From NCBI RefSeq assembly GCF_003918875.1, contig NW_025767740.1:62001-126000 (forward strand): a DNA stretch of 64,000 bases. Reading direction: 5' to 3'. The position numbers were made by a program, and so were the translations under genes. Below, in pieces: positions 12,601-23,581 of this stretch; the first letter of the stretch is position 1, and every line of letters begins with the position of its first letter. The notes beneath the pieces were generated by a model. That model did no database searches and was not told where the DNA came from. It saw only the letters and a program-made list of their open reading frames with translations. Source of the DNA: Haliotis rubra. Taxonomy: Eukaryota.

Positions 12601-15600
12601 TTCTTAATGAATTTACTGTGTTGTCATATGCAGCTCAGGAGTGGAACACCCACTCAGGAGAGTGCCTCAAAATAACTGAAAAAAGTGATGTCCAGCTTGA
12701 AATTTGTGACACAGACATGACAACAACACAAAAGTTAAATCCTAGTGTGACCACCCAATCGTGGGTCATTACCTGGGTAACTGGTCAAAAAGAATCGCAG
12801 CAGTTTGCACAGTCTGGAAAGCTCAAAGGACTGCTTCCATTAGCGGCTGTTGCAATTCCACTGACTTTAGAAGATGGAAGACAAGGTATCTGTGAAATGG
12901 CCAAATGTCCAACAGGATTCTATAGAGAAGGACATTTCTTTTGCTTTTTACCTCTGCCGGTGCACATTCCGTTTCCAGTACACATCAATGCACCATTTGC
13001 TTTGACAACAGACAGAAAACAATTGTGTACACAAACTGAAGATGACAAGATGAACTATGAGGCTGAGTGGAATACAGCTCTGTTTAAAGATGCTACATGT
13101 AGAGCTTACATAGCTGGGCTGGAACAACTGGAGATCACAGACCCTTCAAGCGTTGGTCAGTATTATGGCTTGTGGCCTACCGCGCCACATGGTAATCCTG
13201 ACTGTATGGTACAAAGTTTCTATGAGCTTATAACAGCTGAGACACATTGTATGTTTCCGCATGATGACAATGGTGCACTTGAACGGCTGTCATTTCAAGG
13301 AATGTATATTCTTGAACCAAAACTTCGTTGGAATGATGATATTGGAATGATGGCCTTCAAAGCAACATCTCACTTTCTAAAGTCCACAAATAGAAAAGTT
13401 GTAGACCTTCCTCTACAACTCATCCAGCAGTTTTGTCTGTCTGGACTGATGTCGTGTGTTACTTCCAGGCTTATCACAACATCAGAGTTTTTCAAGACAA
13501 TCTTCTTCCCAAACATAAATGACAGTTACTGGTCACCAACAGAGAGAGATAGTTTGGTATTGTTTGCTCTGACATATCAGAATGAAAGTGTTGAAGACCT
13601 CATAAGAACATCCAGATGTATTCCAACAGAGCCTTCAGGTACTCTGAAAATGCCATGTGAACTAATTCATCCACATAAGCAATGTGCAAGGATGTTTTCT
13701 GAAGAAGATGAATGCTTCCCAAGAGGATTTAGGTCTTGGGGAATCAACTTTTGTGACCAGAAGGTGGTAGGCATTCTATGTAAGTATGGAATGGTCCAAG
13801 ATGAACTCCCATGGGAACTCCTTGTTGAGCGAGCCATGTCAGTTGGGAAGCTAGAAAAACAGGATGCTAAAACGGCTCACGAGAGAAGTGGACAGATCTT
13901 AAAGTATCTTGGCAGTGGGATTCACCATTGGAAGAAATGTTATGCCACTTGTCCTGAAGCAATACAATCTGAATTACAAAACATCTCCTTTCTACCTGTT
14001 CAAAAACGTCCCTCAATCTGGCCTTTAAAGTGGAAAGCAGATGACACAGAAGGAAAAGCATTTGCTTGTCCAAGTGAACTTTATTTGAAGAGTGTTTCAA
14101 GCTTAGTGGCTTCGTCACAGTTAATTTTGGATGACCATTTTGACTCTTATGTCAGAGTGGACATGGATGTTTTGTCTTGGCTTGGTGTGAAAGGAAAGGA
14201 AGATGTTGACCTGGCTGTAGCCTCAGAACAACTGCTCCTTGTTTCCAAATCTATAAAAGCACTGGCTGATAATTCTTCTTCCTATGAGCTTAAGAAATTG
14301 TGCAAACACATATATACATTTCTGAACATTAAGTGTGGAGAGGGGATGCCCAAATCGGAATGATACAGCAATGTTTACAAGATGAAGAAACCGTGCTGGT
14401 AGGAAATCAAATGGTTGAACCAAAGCATGTTGCTTTTCATCTGCCAACTGATTTATCGCCTTATCTGTATCAAGTTGATGTAACAATAGTTGACTATAAG
14501 GTGCTTTTGCAGAGCATTGGGGTTCAAGACAAATTTGAAGTGTCTGACCTGCTATATGTTATGCAGGCAATCTCCAGAGATACAGGTTCAAAAGAACTTT
14601 CAGAAGATCAGTTAACATGGTTCGGAAGGGCTACTCAGTATCTTTCAGAGTATGACAAATCATGCTTTGATCAAGAAAGGTTTGATGTTTCACTGCCAAA
14701 TTGTGAACGAATTCTATCGAAGGCAACTTCACTTTGCTTTGATGATTATGAATTTGCTGAAAAATATGAATCCATGAAGTTTGTGCATGCATGTGTACAC
14801 CATGAGGCAGCCAAGCTGTTAGGTGTGAAGGGAAAGCGTGCTGTTCATCTGAAAGGACACATCTCTCACTTTTCATCCCCATTTGGACAAAGTGAAAAAC
14901 TAACGACTAGACTGAAACGAATTCTGAGTGTATACCCACATGACTCTTCAATCATGAAAGAGCTGCTGCAGAATGCTGATGACGCAGGAGCAACAGAACT
15001 GATGTTTATAAGGGATTTCAGACAACTGTCAAAAGAAAAAATCTTCTCTGATGAATGGGCTTCACTGCAAGGTCCAGCACTGTGTGTCTACAATGATAGT
15101 TATTTTACAGAAGATGACCTTGAAGGTATTCAGAACTTAGGTGTTGGGAGTAAGAGTGATGATCCTGTAAAGACTGGGCAGTATGGTGTTGGGTTCAATG
15201 CTGTTTATCATCTGACTGATGTTCCGTCTTTCATCACTGTTGGCCCTGGGATGGAAAAATCCATATGTGCCCTCGACCCTCATATGCAGTATGTAGAAGC
15301 CGGGGAAACTGGAGTGAAAATATCACAGCTGGACAGGCTAAGAGACGCTTATGCAGATAGCTTCTGTGGATATCTGGAAGATATAGTCAAAACTGACACA
15401 AAAGGAACACTTTTCAGATTCCCTTTGAGGACACGTGAAATGGCAAAAAAGTCAGAGATCGTCAAAAAAGAAGTCACTACAAATGATGTCAACAAGCTCT
15501 TACAAAATTCAAGGATGACATGTTTGACTCTCCTATTCCTTCATAGTGTTAAGAAAATATCTATTGCCAGTGTCAACACAAATGGTACTCTCCAAGAAGA

Positions 15601-18600
15601 ATACAGTGTTACAGCAACAATGAGTGAAGCAGATATGTCTGAACATAAGGGATTCCTTTCACACTTGAGGAAACAGACAGCAAAGATAAGAGACCCTTCT
15701 GCCGGAATTGGCCTCGATGCTGTTTCTTCTTTGGAAGCTGAATTGTCTCTCAGTGTTGACGATTCAAAAGGGAATCTTCAAGATTGGGTTGTGTTTCACC
15801 ATTCTGGATTTTCTAAAGAAAAACCTATTCCAGAAATTGTAAATGAAGCCTGGGAGAAAGGGAACATTTGTCTTTACCACAAGGTGGTATTGCAGTACCA
15901 AATAGCTACTGGAGGAAAGGTGTGAAACCTATCAAGGGAAAAGCGTTTTGTACCCTGCCCCTGCCTATCAATACAGGGTTGCCTGTACATATCAATGGTC
16001 ACTTTGCCTTGGATCACGAAGCAAGAAGAAACCTTTGGCACGGTGATGAAGACTACCGGTCCATCTGGAATCGCCATGTAGTTGATGCAATCATAATTCC
16101 AGCCTATATCATGGCTATGCAGTCACTGAAGAAGAGAACTGGAATGTTCGGGGAAAAGTCACTAAGATGTCAATATCAAAGTCTTGATCATTATTATAGC
16201 TTCTTTCCACACAGGACTTCGGAAACCACTGGAGTTTGGAATGATGTTGTTACTTCTTTCTACAAAGATGTCCTTTTTAACAAAAGAAAACTCTTTGGAA
16301 TTGTCAAACCTACAAATGGAATGTTTTCAGATTTCAGCAAGAACAAAAATGAAAGCAACAAGATAAATCTAAACAAGGAAGACATGACCTGTAAGGTTTT
16401 GTGGGTGCCAGCTGCAAATGGTAAAGGGTATTTTAATGTACTGGGAAGCTTTTTCTCTCAAACTGATCAAGTCTTACAATCAGTCACTGACAGAGAAAAA
16501 GATTTGACTGTGTTATTTCCACAGATGCATGAACAGAAGCAGAAAAGCAAGAGAGCATGGCAGCTTACTGAGATTCTTAAGGACTTGAACATGAATATCA
16601 TAGATGTTCCTTGCTGGATTTATGAAAATATCAAAGCCATTTGCACTGAAAGTGAATTGAGCCTTGTCACCCCAGAAAGTGTTATGCAGTTCCTGAAATC
16701 CCACCCAGTTGACTCAAAAGATAGCTGTAATCTTGAATCTCTACCACAGGACATAGAAGCCACATACCTAAAGAGCATCAAATCACTTAAATTATTGACA
16801 AAATTCTGTGAAATGCATGCAACATTTGGTTCTGAATTGCAATCTTTGCCACTTGCATTGACTGAATCACAGCAACTGCATTGTTTTGATGCTGAAAAAT
16901 CATTATTTGTCACAAGGTACACTGATCTATTTGTTAGAATACCTGATGAGGTGCTGGATAGAGAAATTAGTTTGATGTATACAAAATACCTCAAAGAATC
17001 AGACTGTATAAAAGATCTTGATGTCACTTCATTGGCATTGTTGACTGAAAAGACATTTTCTAGAGACGTTCTGCACACTGGCAAACCAGTCCTATGGGAG
17101 GACTCAGAAAATCTTCCGACCAAGAAATGGATCTTTCAGTTTTGGGATTATTTGTCACAGCAAATGTGCAGTATCAACGAAAAAGAGACATCTGGCACAC
17201 AGACGTTTTTGGCTGAACTAGAAGACTGGTCACTGTTACCTGTTAGAATTGAAGAGAAAAGGAAGGGCATTCCTTTTCTATATCCAATAAGAAATAGCAA
17301 GTGTGTGATTGTTCATCCTGGTTCACATGATAAATGTGCAACTGCTTTGAAAAACATGAAAGTTCCAGTACTGGAGAAGGTCTTGTTTCAGCATTTTTCT
17401 AATTTTTGTGAAGATATCATTAAAGTAACATCATCTGTAGCTGCCAAAATGGAGAATCCTGATGAAATACTGAAATTGTTATCAGACATTGATTTCAGTA
17501 ACTCTCTTGATATTACAGCGGAAGGCAGCTTGGCTGTTTTGGAATACTTCAGTGTAAACACTGTAAAGCTCAGTGACCTAATTTGTGAACGGCCTTCACA
17601 ACAGTTACTTCGGAAACTTCCATTCTATCAGTCTATGTGTGGACAGCAAGTTGCTTTACAAGATGACAATGAGGTGTTAGCAGTAGAACACTATTATGGT
17701 GTACCATCTGATGGTTTCAGTGAATTGATCAGGGCCTCTTGTAAAGTTTTAATCAAGACGTGTGTTCAATGCAGAGGTATTTTTGAGAAACTGTGTATAA
17801 AGACACTGACACGAGAGGATCTGTATGTTCAAATCATCCTTCCAAACTTTGAATGTATGCCAAGCTCAGCCCAACTTTCACATTTGGAATTCATACGTGA
17901 TGTCATATTACCTAATATGGAAGAAATAGGCGGTGTACAGAAACCACTGGAAGATGAGTTGAAAAAATTGAGATTCATTGAAGCAGAGGAGGGCTTATGG
18001 CAGTGTGCAAGTGATTTTTATAGTCCTTATGAAGAGGTCTTTAAACAGATGTGTAACAGATCTGAGTTTCCACCATCACCATATGATGAAGAAAAATGGA
18101 AAACCTTTTTGGAAATTGCTGGTTTGACGAAAGATGTTAGTATTGAACTTTATCTAACCTTTGCTAGAAAAGTTGAAGCCCTTGGTAGCAAAGGTATTAC
18201 TAAAGACGTTAGCAACAAGACTAAAGTGTTGTCCTCATACTTAGCTAAGCACCATTGGAGATTTCAAGGACATCTGTCACAAATTGGAGAAATACGGTTT
18301 GTGTTACCTCATACTGTTGGAAAAGAGCTGACAGATATACACCCTCAGCTGCATGAGGGCAAACAGCTAGTTGCCTACTGCAAATCACTCCATCCTGACA
18401 ACTGCCACTGTATTTGGACAAGCTGTTCGATGTTCCACAAGAGTGCAAGCCTATCCTCAGATCTCTCCTATAAACTTGGCATTAGAGCAACACCAGAAGA
18501 TGAAGATGTAACAAGTCATTTACGAAACATATGCAGGTCTTTTGAAAAACTTCAGGACCAGAATTCTGTTTCCAAACTATGCCTTATCATGGAAAGTGTC

Positions 18601-21498
18601 ATGGAATCTGTTTACAAACACTTGAAAGAGACAGGAGTCAGTGACTGGATGAAGCATGAGCTTCAAGATGTTTGCACAGTCTATATTCCAGAAGAGGAAT
18701 GTATGGTGCCCGCTTTAGAAATTGTCACAACCATCCGGTCTTATGAGATTGTAAAAGGATATGTATATGCAATGCCACGTACATTAACAGGATTTGGTCA
18801 AGTTCTCCTGGGTCTTGGTGCCTCAGAGAAGGCACATGCTAACCTGTATGCATGTGTGCTGGAGAAACTGTACAAAAAGACACAATCAGTGAAAGAAAAA
18901 GATCTGTGTACAGCAGAGAAGGCCATTTACCTACTGTTTCAATTTATCGAAACGCAAAACAAGGACAGTTCAGCCACATTAGATGTACCAACATTGTATC
19001 TACCAGATGCAAACTGGAGACTAACAGACTCCCGCAAGCTGGTCTTCATTGATAATGATTCTTTCTCAGACAGAGTTCAGTCTCTTGGTTTGCAGTATTT
19101 TCTGGGATTTGAGCAATTTCCGTATTTGAACAGGGATCCACAAACTCACATCAACATGCTACCAGATGGCTATCAGCTGAAGATGCTGTCATCTTTAGTC
19201 CAAGAATTTGTCACCGAGGAAAGCAAATTGAAAGCATGTCCTCGTGATTTATCTCAGAAATATCTTGACATAATACATGATCCAGATTTTGTTAGTGCTA
19301 TTGTGAGGCTGGTCAATCACATGACGTTTTCAGGTCGCAAACAGAGTCTGGACCAAACTGAAGCAAAGACAATTGAAGAACAGTTAAGGAAGCTGGAAAT
19401 TCATGAAGTTGAGAACCTACAAACAGAACTTAGACAGAATGATGGTGGTCAAGTACCTCAGAGCGAAAAGAAAAAGAGCTGCATTGAAGAACACTTTAAT
19501 GCAAAAGTATACCTATTTATTGACGATGACATTGACACAGACGAATTATGTGCTGCCTTGACATCAACAATTGACTCTTTGACTTCAGAGGGAGAGATTT
19601 CAAGATTTCACATAAATCATTTGTTAAAATCTGACCCAGAAACATACAAGGAGTATTTGGATGTACAGAGTGTAAGGACATATAATTATGAATGCCAACT
19701 AAGAGAAGACTATTCTTTTCCTATTCCTGGGAGATCAATCCCAGAAGATATGCATTGGCGTCTGGACAACAGCTTTCATGACTTTGATGAATGGGAGTAT
19801 GTAGGACTGGAGGTTTATGACCCTGTTGTTGACAACGATGCTCCTGATGAAGAGGGCAAACCTGAGTATGTTTATGCACTTGTAAAGGGAATCCTGTCAA
19901 AGGAAACTTTATTGGTCAGAGGGCAATATGTGGTTGCACTTGGGAAAAGACATCTTGAGACTATATGTGGTTCAAGGCTGTACAAAATTAAGAGTGAAAA
20001 CACTGCAATAGTAGAACTATCTCAACATGAACTACCAGAGGTGAAACCTAGAGACCTGAACACAGTATTGAAGGAAATCAGAAATATTCTGACAGAAACT
20101 TGGGGAACAAGTACTAGTCTGAAGGAACGAAGAAGGGTAAAGAAAAGATTGTACTTGGCTTGGCATCCAGACAAGAACATTGGAAATGAAGATTTCTGCA
20201 CAAAAGTATGTCACTATATTCAGTCATACGTGACGAAACTTGAAAATGGGCAGAGCATAACTGAAGGTGGTGACGTCCCTGCAGATGACACAGACTCAAG
20301 TTTCTTTGAACATATGGGGAAGAGAAGTTCACATCAAAGGTCTCAGTACCAACAACACCAAGACCAAAGGGACACATCCTACAATCGCAACCACTCTGCT
20401 CATCCTCAACCAGAGGAAGCAAGACAGTGGCTCAGACAGGCAACATATGACTTGAGGTCAGCCACGGACACTCTCCAACTTAGTAGAGACTATAACTGGG
20501 TGTGCTTCAAAGCTCTCAAGGTAAGCTGATTTAATAGACTAATTTATAATATGTTTATTTCTTGCTTAACGCCGCACTCAACAATACTCCAGCTATATGG
20601 TGGCAGTCTGTAAATACCTCTGGACCAGACAATCCAGTGATCAACATCATGAGCATCGATCAACATAACTGGGATACAATGACATGTGTCAGCTAGGTCA
20701 GCAATTCTGTTCATTGCCTCTAACAACACTCATGGATTACTGAAGATCAATTTTAACCCAGATCTTCACATGTATTCATAAACTAATATGGCTGTTTTCA
20801 TAGAATCTGTAATGAACTGCTGGATTTGATCAATGATGTCATTCAAGGTAACAGAAAACTTGGATTTTGGAGGCAATAACTACAGCATGTCCGTTCTGTA
20901 TGAATCATGTGAAATCTGTTTCAATGAAGCTAAATTCTAATTTTTAACTAATCCCTTGAAGAAACACGGTAAAGACAGTGGTCACAAACAAATTTTGATA
21001 CTGTTGCTGCAATATGTTATACATTGTATTTGTAATGGTTGCCATGCAAAATGTTCTGTGTATCGCTTACGTGACTTTGTGATTCTGCATATCAGATTTT
21101 AAGTTTAAGGCACTTTCAAAAGGTGACCTGTTAGTTTTGAAAATGAATCTAGGTATTTGTGCTCAAGTGTCCCTTGTCTCCACTTGGTGGTCAGAGGTTC
21201 AATCTGTATGTTCCAGGCAGCAGAGAAGGCTGTCATATCAGCCTGGTACAACAGGGATGCCCGCAAGGCACAGAGTCAACGGGAAAAGGGCATCATAAAA
21301 GCAGCTAGCAGGCTGGAAAATGTCCGTTTGTCTGAGCTTGTGACTCAGCTTCGAAATGTCGTAGGTGACGATGACAGAATGCTATTTCCAGATAGACTTG
21401 CCTGTCCAAATACACCAGCTGATGTGTACACTGAGAATACAGCGATACAAGCATGTGAACTTGCAAAAAGTGTTCTTAATCTCGTAGAAGATATGTAA
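3497..21498 (+). CDS. SACS: Sacsin-like protein, copy 1. Exons 3497-3603, 5856-5975, 6290-6437, 6649-8179, 9664-20520, 21217-21498. First coding exon not found in the window.
   Basis: GT-AG exons join in phase. Three sacsin repeat regions with GHKL/HSP90-like motifs: ELIQNAEDA..GRFGLGFKSVFHVTD, ELIQNADDA..GKFGLGFNSVYNLTD, ELLQNADDA..GQYGVGFNAVYHLTD. Each is followed by FCxLPLP..PVH(V/I)N-like motifs. J-domain KRLYLAWHPDKN; HEPN EARQWLRQA..WVCFK|AAEKA. About 10 small indels. Confidence 0.93.
3561..5780 (+). repeat. Minisatellite of about 48 units (44-47 bp) made of the exon 3' end plus splice donor
   Basis: Consensus ctgt(g/a)ttgtccaataccctgatgatggacagatactc(a/g)ag|gtgagt. 48 donor positions counted by eye, one mutated to AT. 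The first unit is the coding exon end. Confidence 0.97.
5856..5975 (+). CDS. SACS: Sacsin copy 1 exon ELIQNAEDAEASEIRILYD..SLQ
   Basis: tttttaccag acceptor, CAG|gtgaag donor, 120 bp, phase 0-0. Confidence 0.92.
6290..6437 (+). CDS. SACS: Sacsin copy 1 exon APGLCVYND..GRFGLGFKSVFHVT
   Basis: ttctttcag acceptor, G|gtaaga donor, GxxGxG ATP-lid motif. Confidence 0.92.
6649..8179 (+). CDS. SACS: Sacsin copy 1 exon, remainder of repeat region 1
   Basis: ctttccag acceptor, G|gtacgt donor. GTIFWFPLR and GHVFCFLPLP..VHVNGFFAL motifs. Indels near 7260, 7710, 7878. Confidence 0.87.
8905..9011 (+). mobile_element. SINE family B fragment (Nin-domain-like core), intronic
   Basis: gaagatccgggttagaatt..cccatgcttgtcgtaagaggcgact..gctgacttggttga. 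About 11 copies in the window. Confidence 0.75.
9664..20520 (+). CDS. SACS: Sacsin copy 1 giant exon (~10.9 kb): repeat regions 2 and 3, J-domain, HEPN N-half
   Basis: tttcttttcag acceptor, AAG|gtaagc donor. ORFs of 407, 286, 842, 530 and 1553 aa joined by small indels. Confidence 0.9.
20552..20770 (-). mobile_element. SINE family B, intronic
   Basis: Reverse complement of the family B body and 3' end (..ccatatagctggagtattgttgagtgcggcgtt). Confidence 0.75.
21217..21498 (+). CDS. SACS: Sacsin copy 1 terminal exon, HEPN C-half
   Basis: atgttccag acceptor, phase 0. AAEKAVISAW..FPDRLACPNTPADVYTENTAIQACELAKSVLNLVEDM*. Confidence 0.88.
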   Translation, partial: AAEKAVISAWYNRDARKAQSQREKGIIKAASRLENVRLSELVTQLRNVVGDDDRMLFPDRLACPNTPADVYTENTAIQACELAKSVLNLVEDM

Positions 21499-21731
21499 GG
21501 TGAGATTCTATATTGATGGACAAGTATAACCCCTTATATTAATATACCATATTATTAATGCAGATGGACATTGGTAATTTTGATTCACATTTCAGTCAAA
21601 TGTGCTCCATCAGTAGAAAAAAGTATGCACACTTACCACCGTTGCTGTATCAAGACAAATATCAAAGTTATGTAGCATACAGTTTAATTTTACATGTTTC
21701 ATGTTCTCTACACGGCAGTATTATGTTCCAG

Positions 21732-21975
21732 ACTGCAGAGAAAACTGTGATGTCAGCCTCGTACTATAGATATAATGACAAGGAAGACAAGTTACCATGT
21801 ACAGATCCTATTTAGCACAGAGGTAGATCTGATCAATTCCATTTCTCTGAGGTGGTAACTTCGGCAAAATGCCTGGATAAACTGAGCTGCCCAATAATTC
21901 CTATCAAAATATACACAGAGAGAATTCAAAGTTGCAGAAAGTATTCTTTTGTGGTGAGAGAGTTCTTGGGTCAGA
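21732..21975 (+). pseudogene. Degenerate tandem duplicate of the terminal HEPN exon
   Basis: Same atgttccag acceptor. TAEKTVMSASYY resembles AAEKAVISAWYN; DKLSCPIIPIKIYTE resembles DRLACPNTPADVYTE. Has a stop and frameshifts. Confidence 0.7.
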
Positions 21976-23187
21976 TTAACCCTTTGTACATATTTCTTGA
22001 TTTGATAAAGTTAATACATTTTGCTTTTTTAAGAATATGTGTGAATATCTGCAAATATTGTATTTTGTGTATAGAAGTAGATTGGAATATTTCTTGCTTC
22101 ATTACATTGATCAACTGTATTGATAAATTTAGTGAACTTTAGTAAACATTGCAAAAGTGTCCATATTTCAGCTTTGCAAATATTGTATTTTGTGTTCAGA
22201 AACATATTTTCAATGTGTATGTAATTGAAGTTTTGAAGAATGTATCAAGTGTGTAAATATATGTACAGAAATTTAATGAAATGTTTACAATGTGTAGATA
22301 ATAAAGAATTTGGAAATGTTATATATTGTGTATAGTAAGAAATTGACTTTGACATTTAACAAAATGTTTCTTCACAAGAAAAAACTCTTGAATTAAATGC
22401 AACACATATTTAAGCGCATCAGAGTAGAATCAGACATTTACAATGTGTTTGTATTTGAAGATTTAGGTAAGAGTTGGATCAAATTGAACATGTTCTGAAA
22501 AACAAATTTTGTAAATAGAAATATAAAATGATACACCAAATTCAAATATTTCATGCTTCGTTATATTGATCAGATGTATGAACCAATTTAAGGACTTTAA
22601 GTAAACGTTGCAAAATCTGTTTACATTTCAGGTTGCAAATTGTATATTACGTACAGAAAAAAAGAGAGAATTTGACATAGTTACAATGTGTGTAATTGAA
22701 GATTTGAAAAATGTGTATTGTGCGTAATATTAAAGAGGGAAACTGAAATAAATGTTTACAATGTGTAGATAATTGAGAATTTGGAAACATTTTATATTGT
22801 GTACAGTAATAAATTGGCTTTAACAAAATGTATCTTGTGTTAAAATAACAGTTAAGACTTGAATTTAATGCAGCAATGTGTACATATTTCATGTTTTGAA
22901 AAAAATCAAGTTGATAGAATAGAACATTCATATTTTGTGTGCTTTTGAAGGCACATCTTGTCAATAGAAAAAGAAGCGATAACCCATATTCAACCACTTG
23001 TACATATTTGTTGATTTGTTGAATACATTGTGCATATTAATGAAAATGTGTGTATGTTTTAGGATGTGCAAACATTGTATTTTGTGTAAAGAAGTAGATT
23101 TGAACTGACTCAAACATTTACAATGTGTGTGTGTGTTCGGTCTGTGTCTGTGTGTGTGTGTGTATTGGAAGACACATGGTTCATGTG

Positions 23188-23581
23188 TACTGATAACATG
23201 TGTACATTTTATGACCTTGATATCAAACACTGCAAATATGTGTATATTTCAGGATGTGCAAATACTGCATTTTGTGTATGGAATTGGATTACAACTGAAT
23301 CAAACATTTACAATAACATTTACTGATAACATGTGTACATTTTATGACCTTGATATCAAACACTGCAAATATGTGTAGATTTCAGGATGTGCAAATAGTG
23401 CATTTTGTGTATGGAATTGGATTACAACTGAATCAAACATTTACAATAACATTTACTGATAACATGTGTACATTTTATGACCTTGATATCAAACACTGGA
23501 AATATGTGTAGATTTCAGGATGTGCAAATAGTGCATTTTGTGTATGGAATTGGATTACAACTGAATCAAACATTTACAATG
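23188..23581. repeat. 133 bp tandem repeat, about 3 near-identical copies
   Basis: tactgataacatgtgtacattttatgacc starts at 23188, 23321 and 23454. Confidence 0.92.

Noticed and set aside
5859-20529. Several separate genes or a prokaryotic defence operon
   Set aside because: The ORFs are consecutive parts of one sacsin, joined by GT-AG introns or single-base indels.
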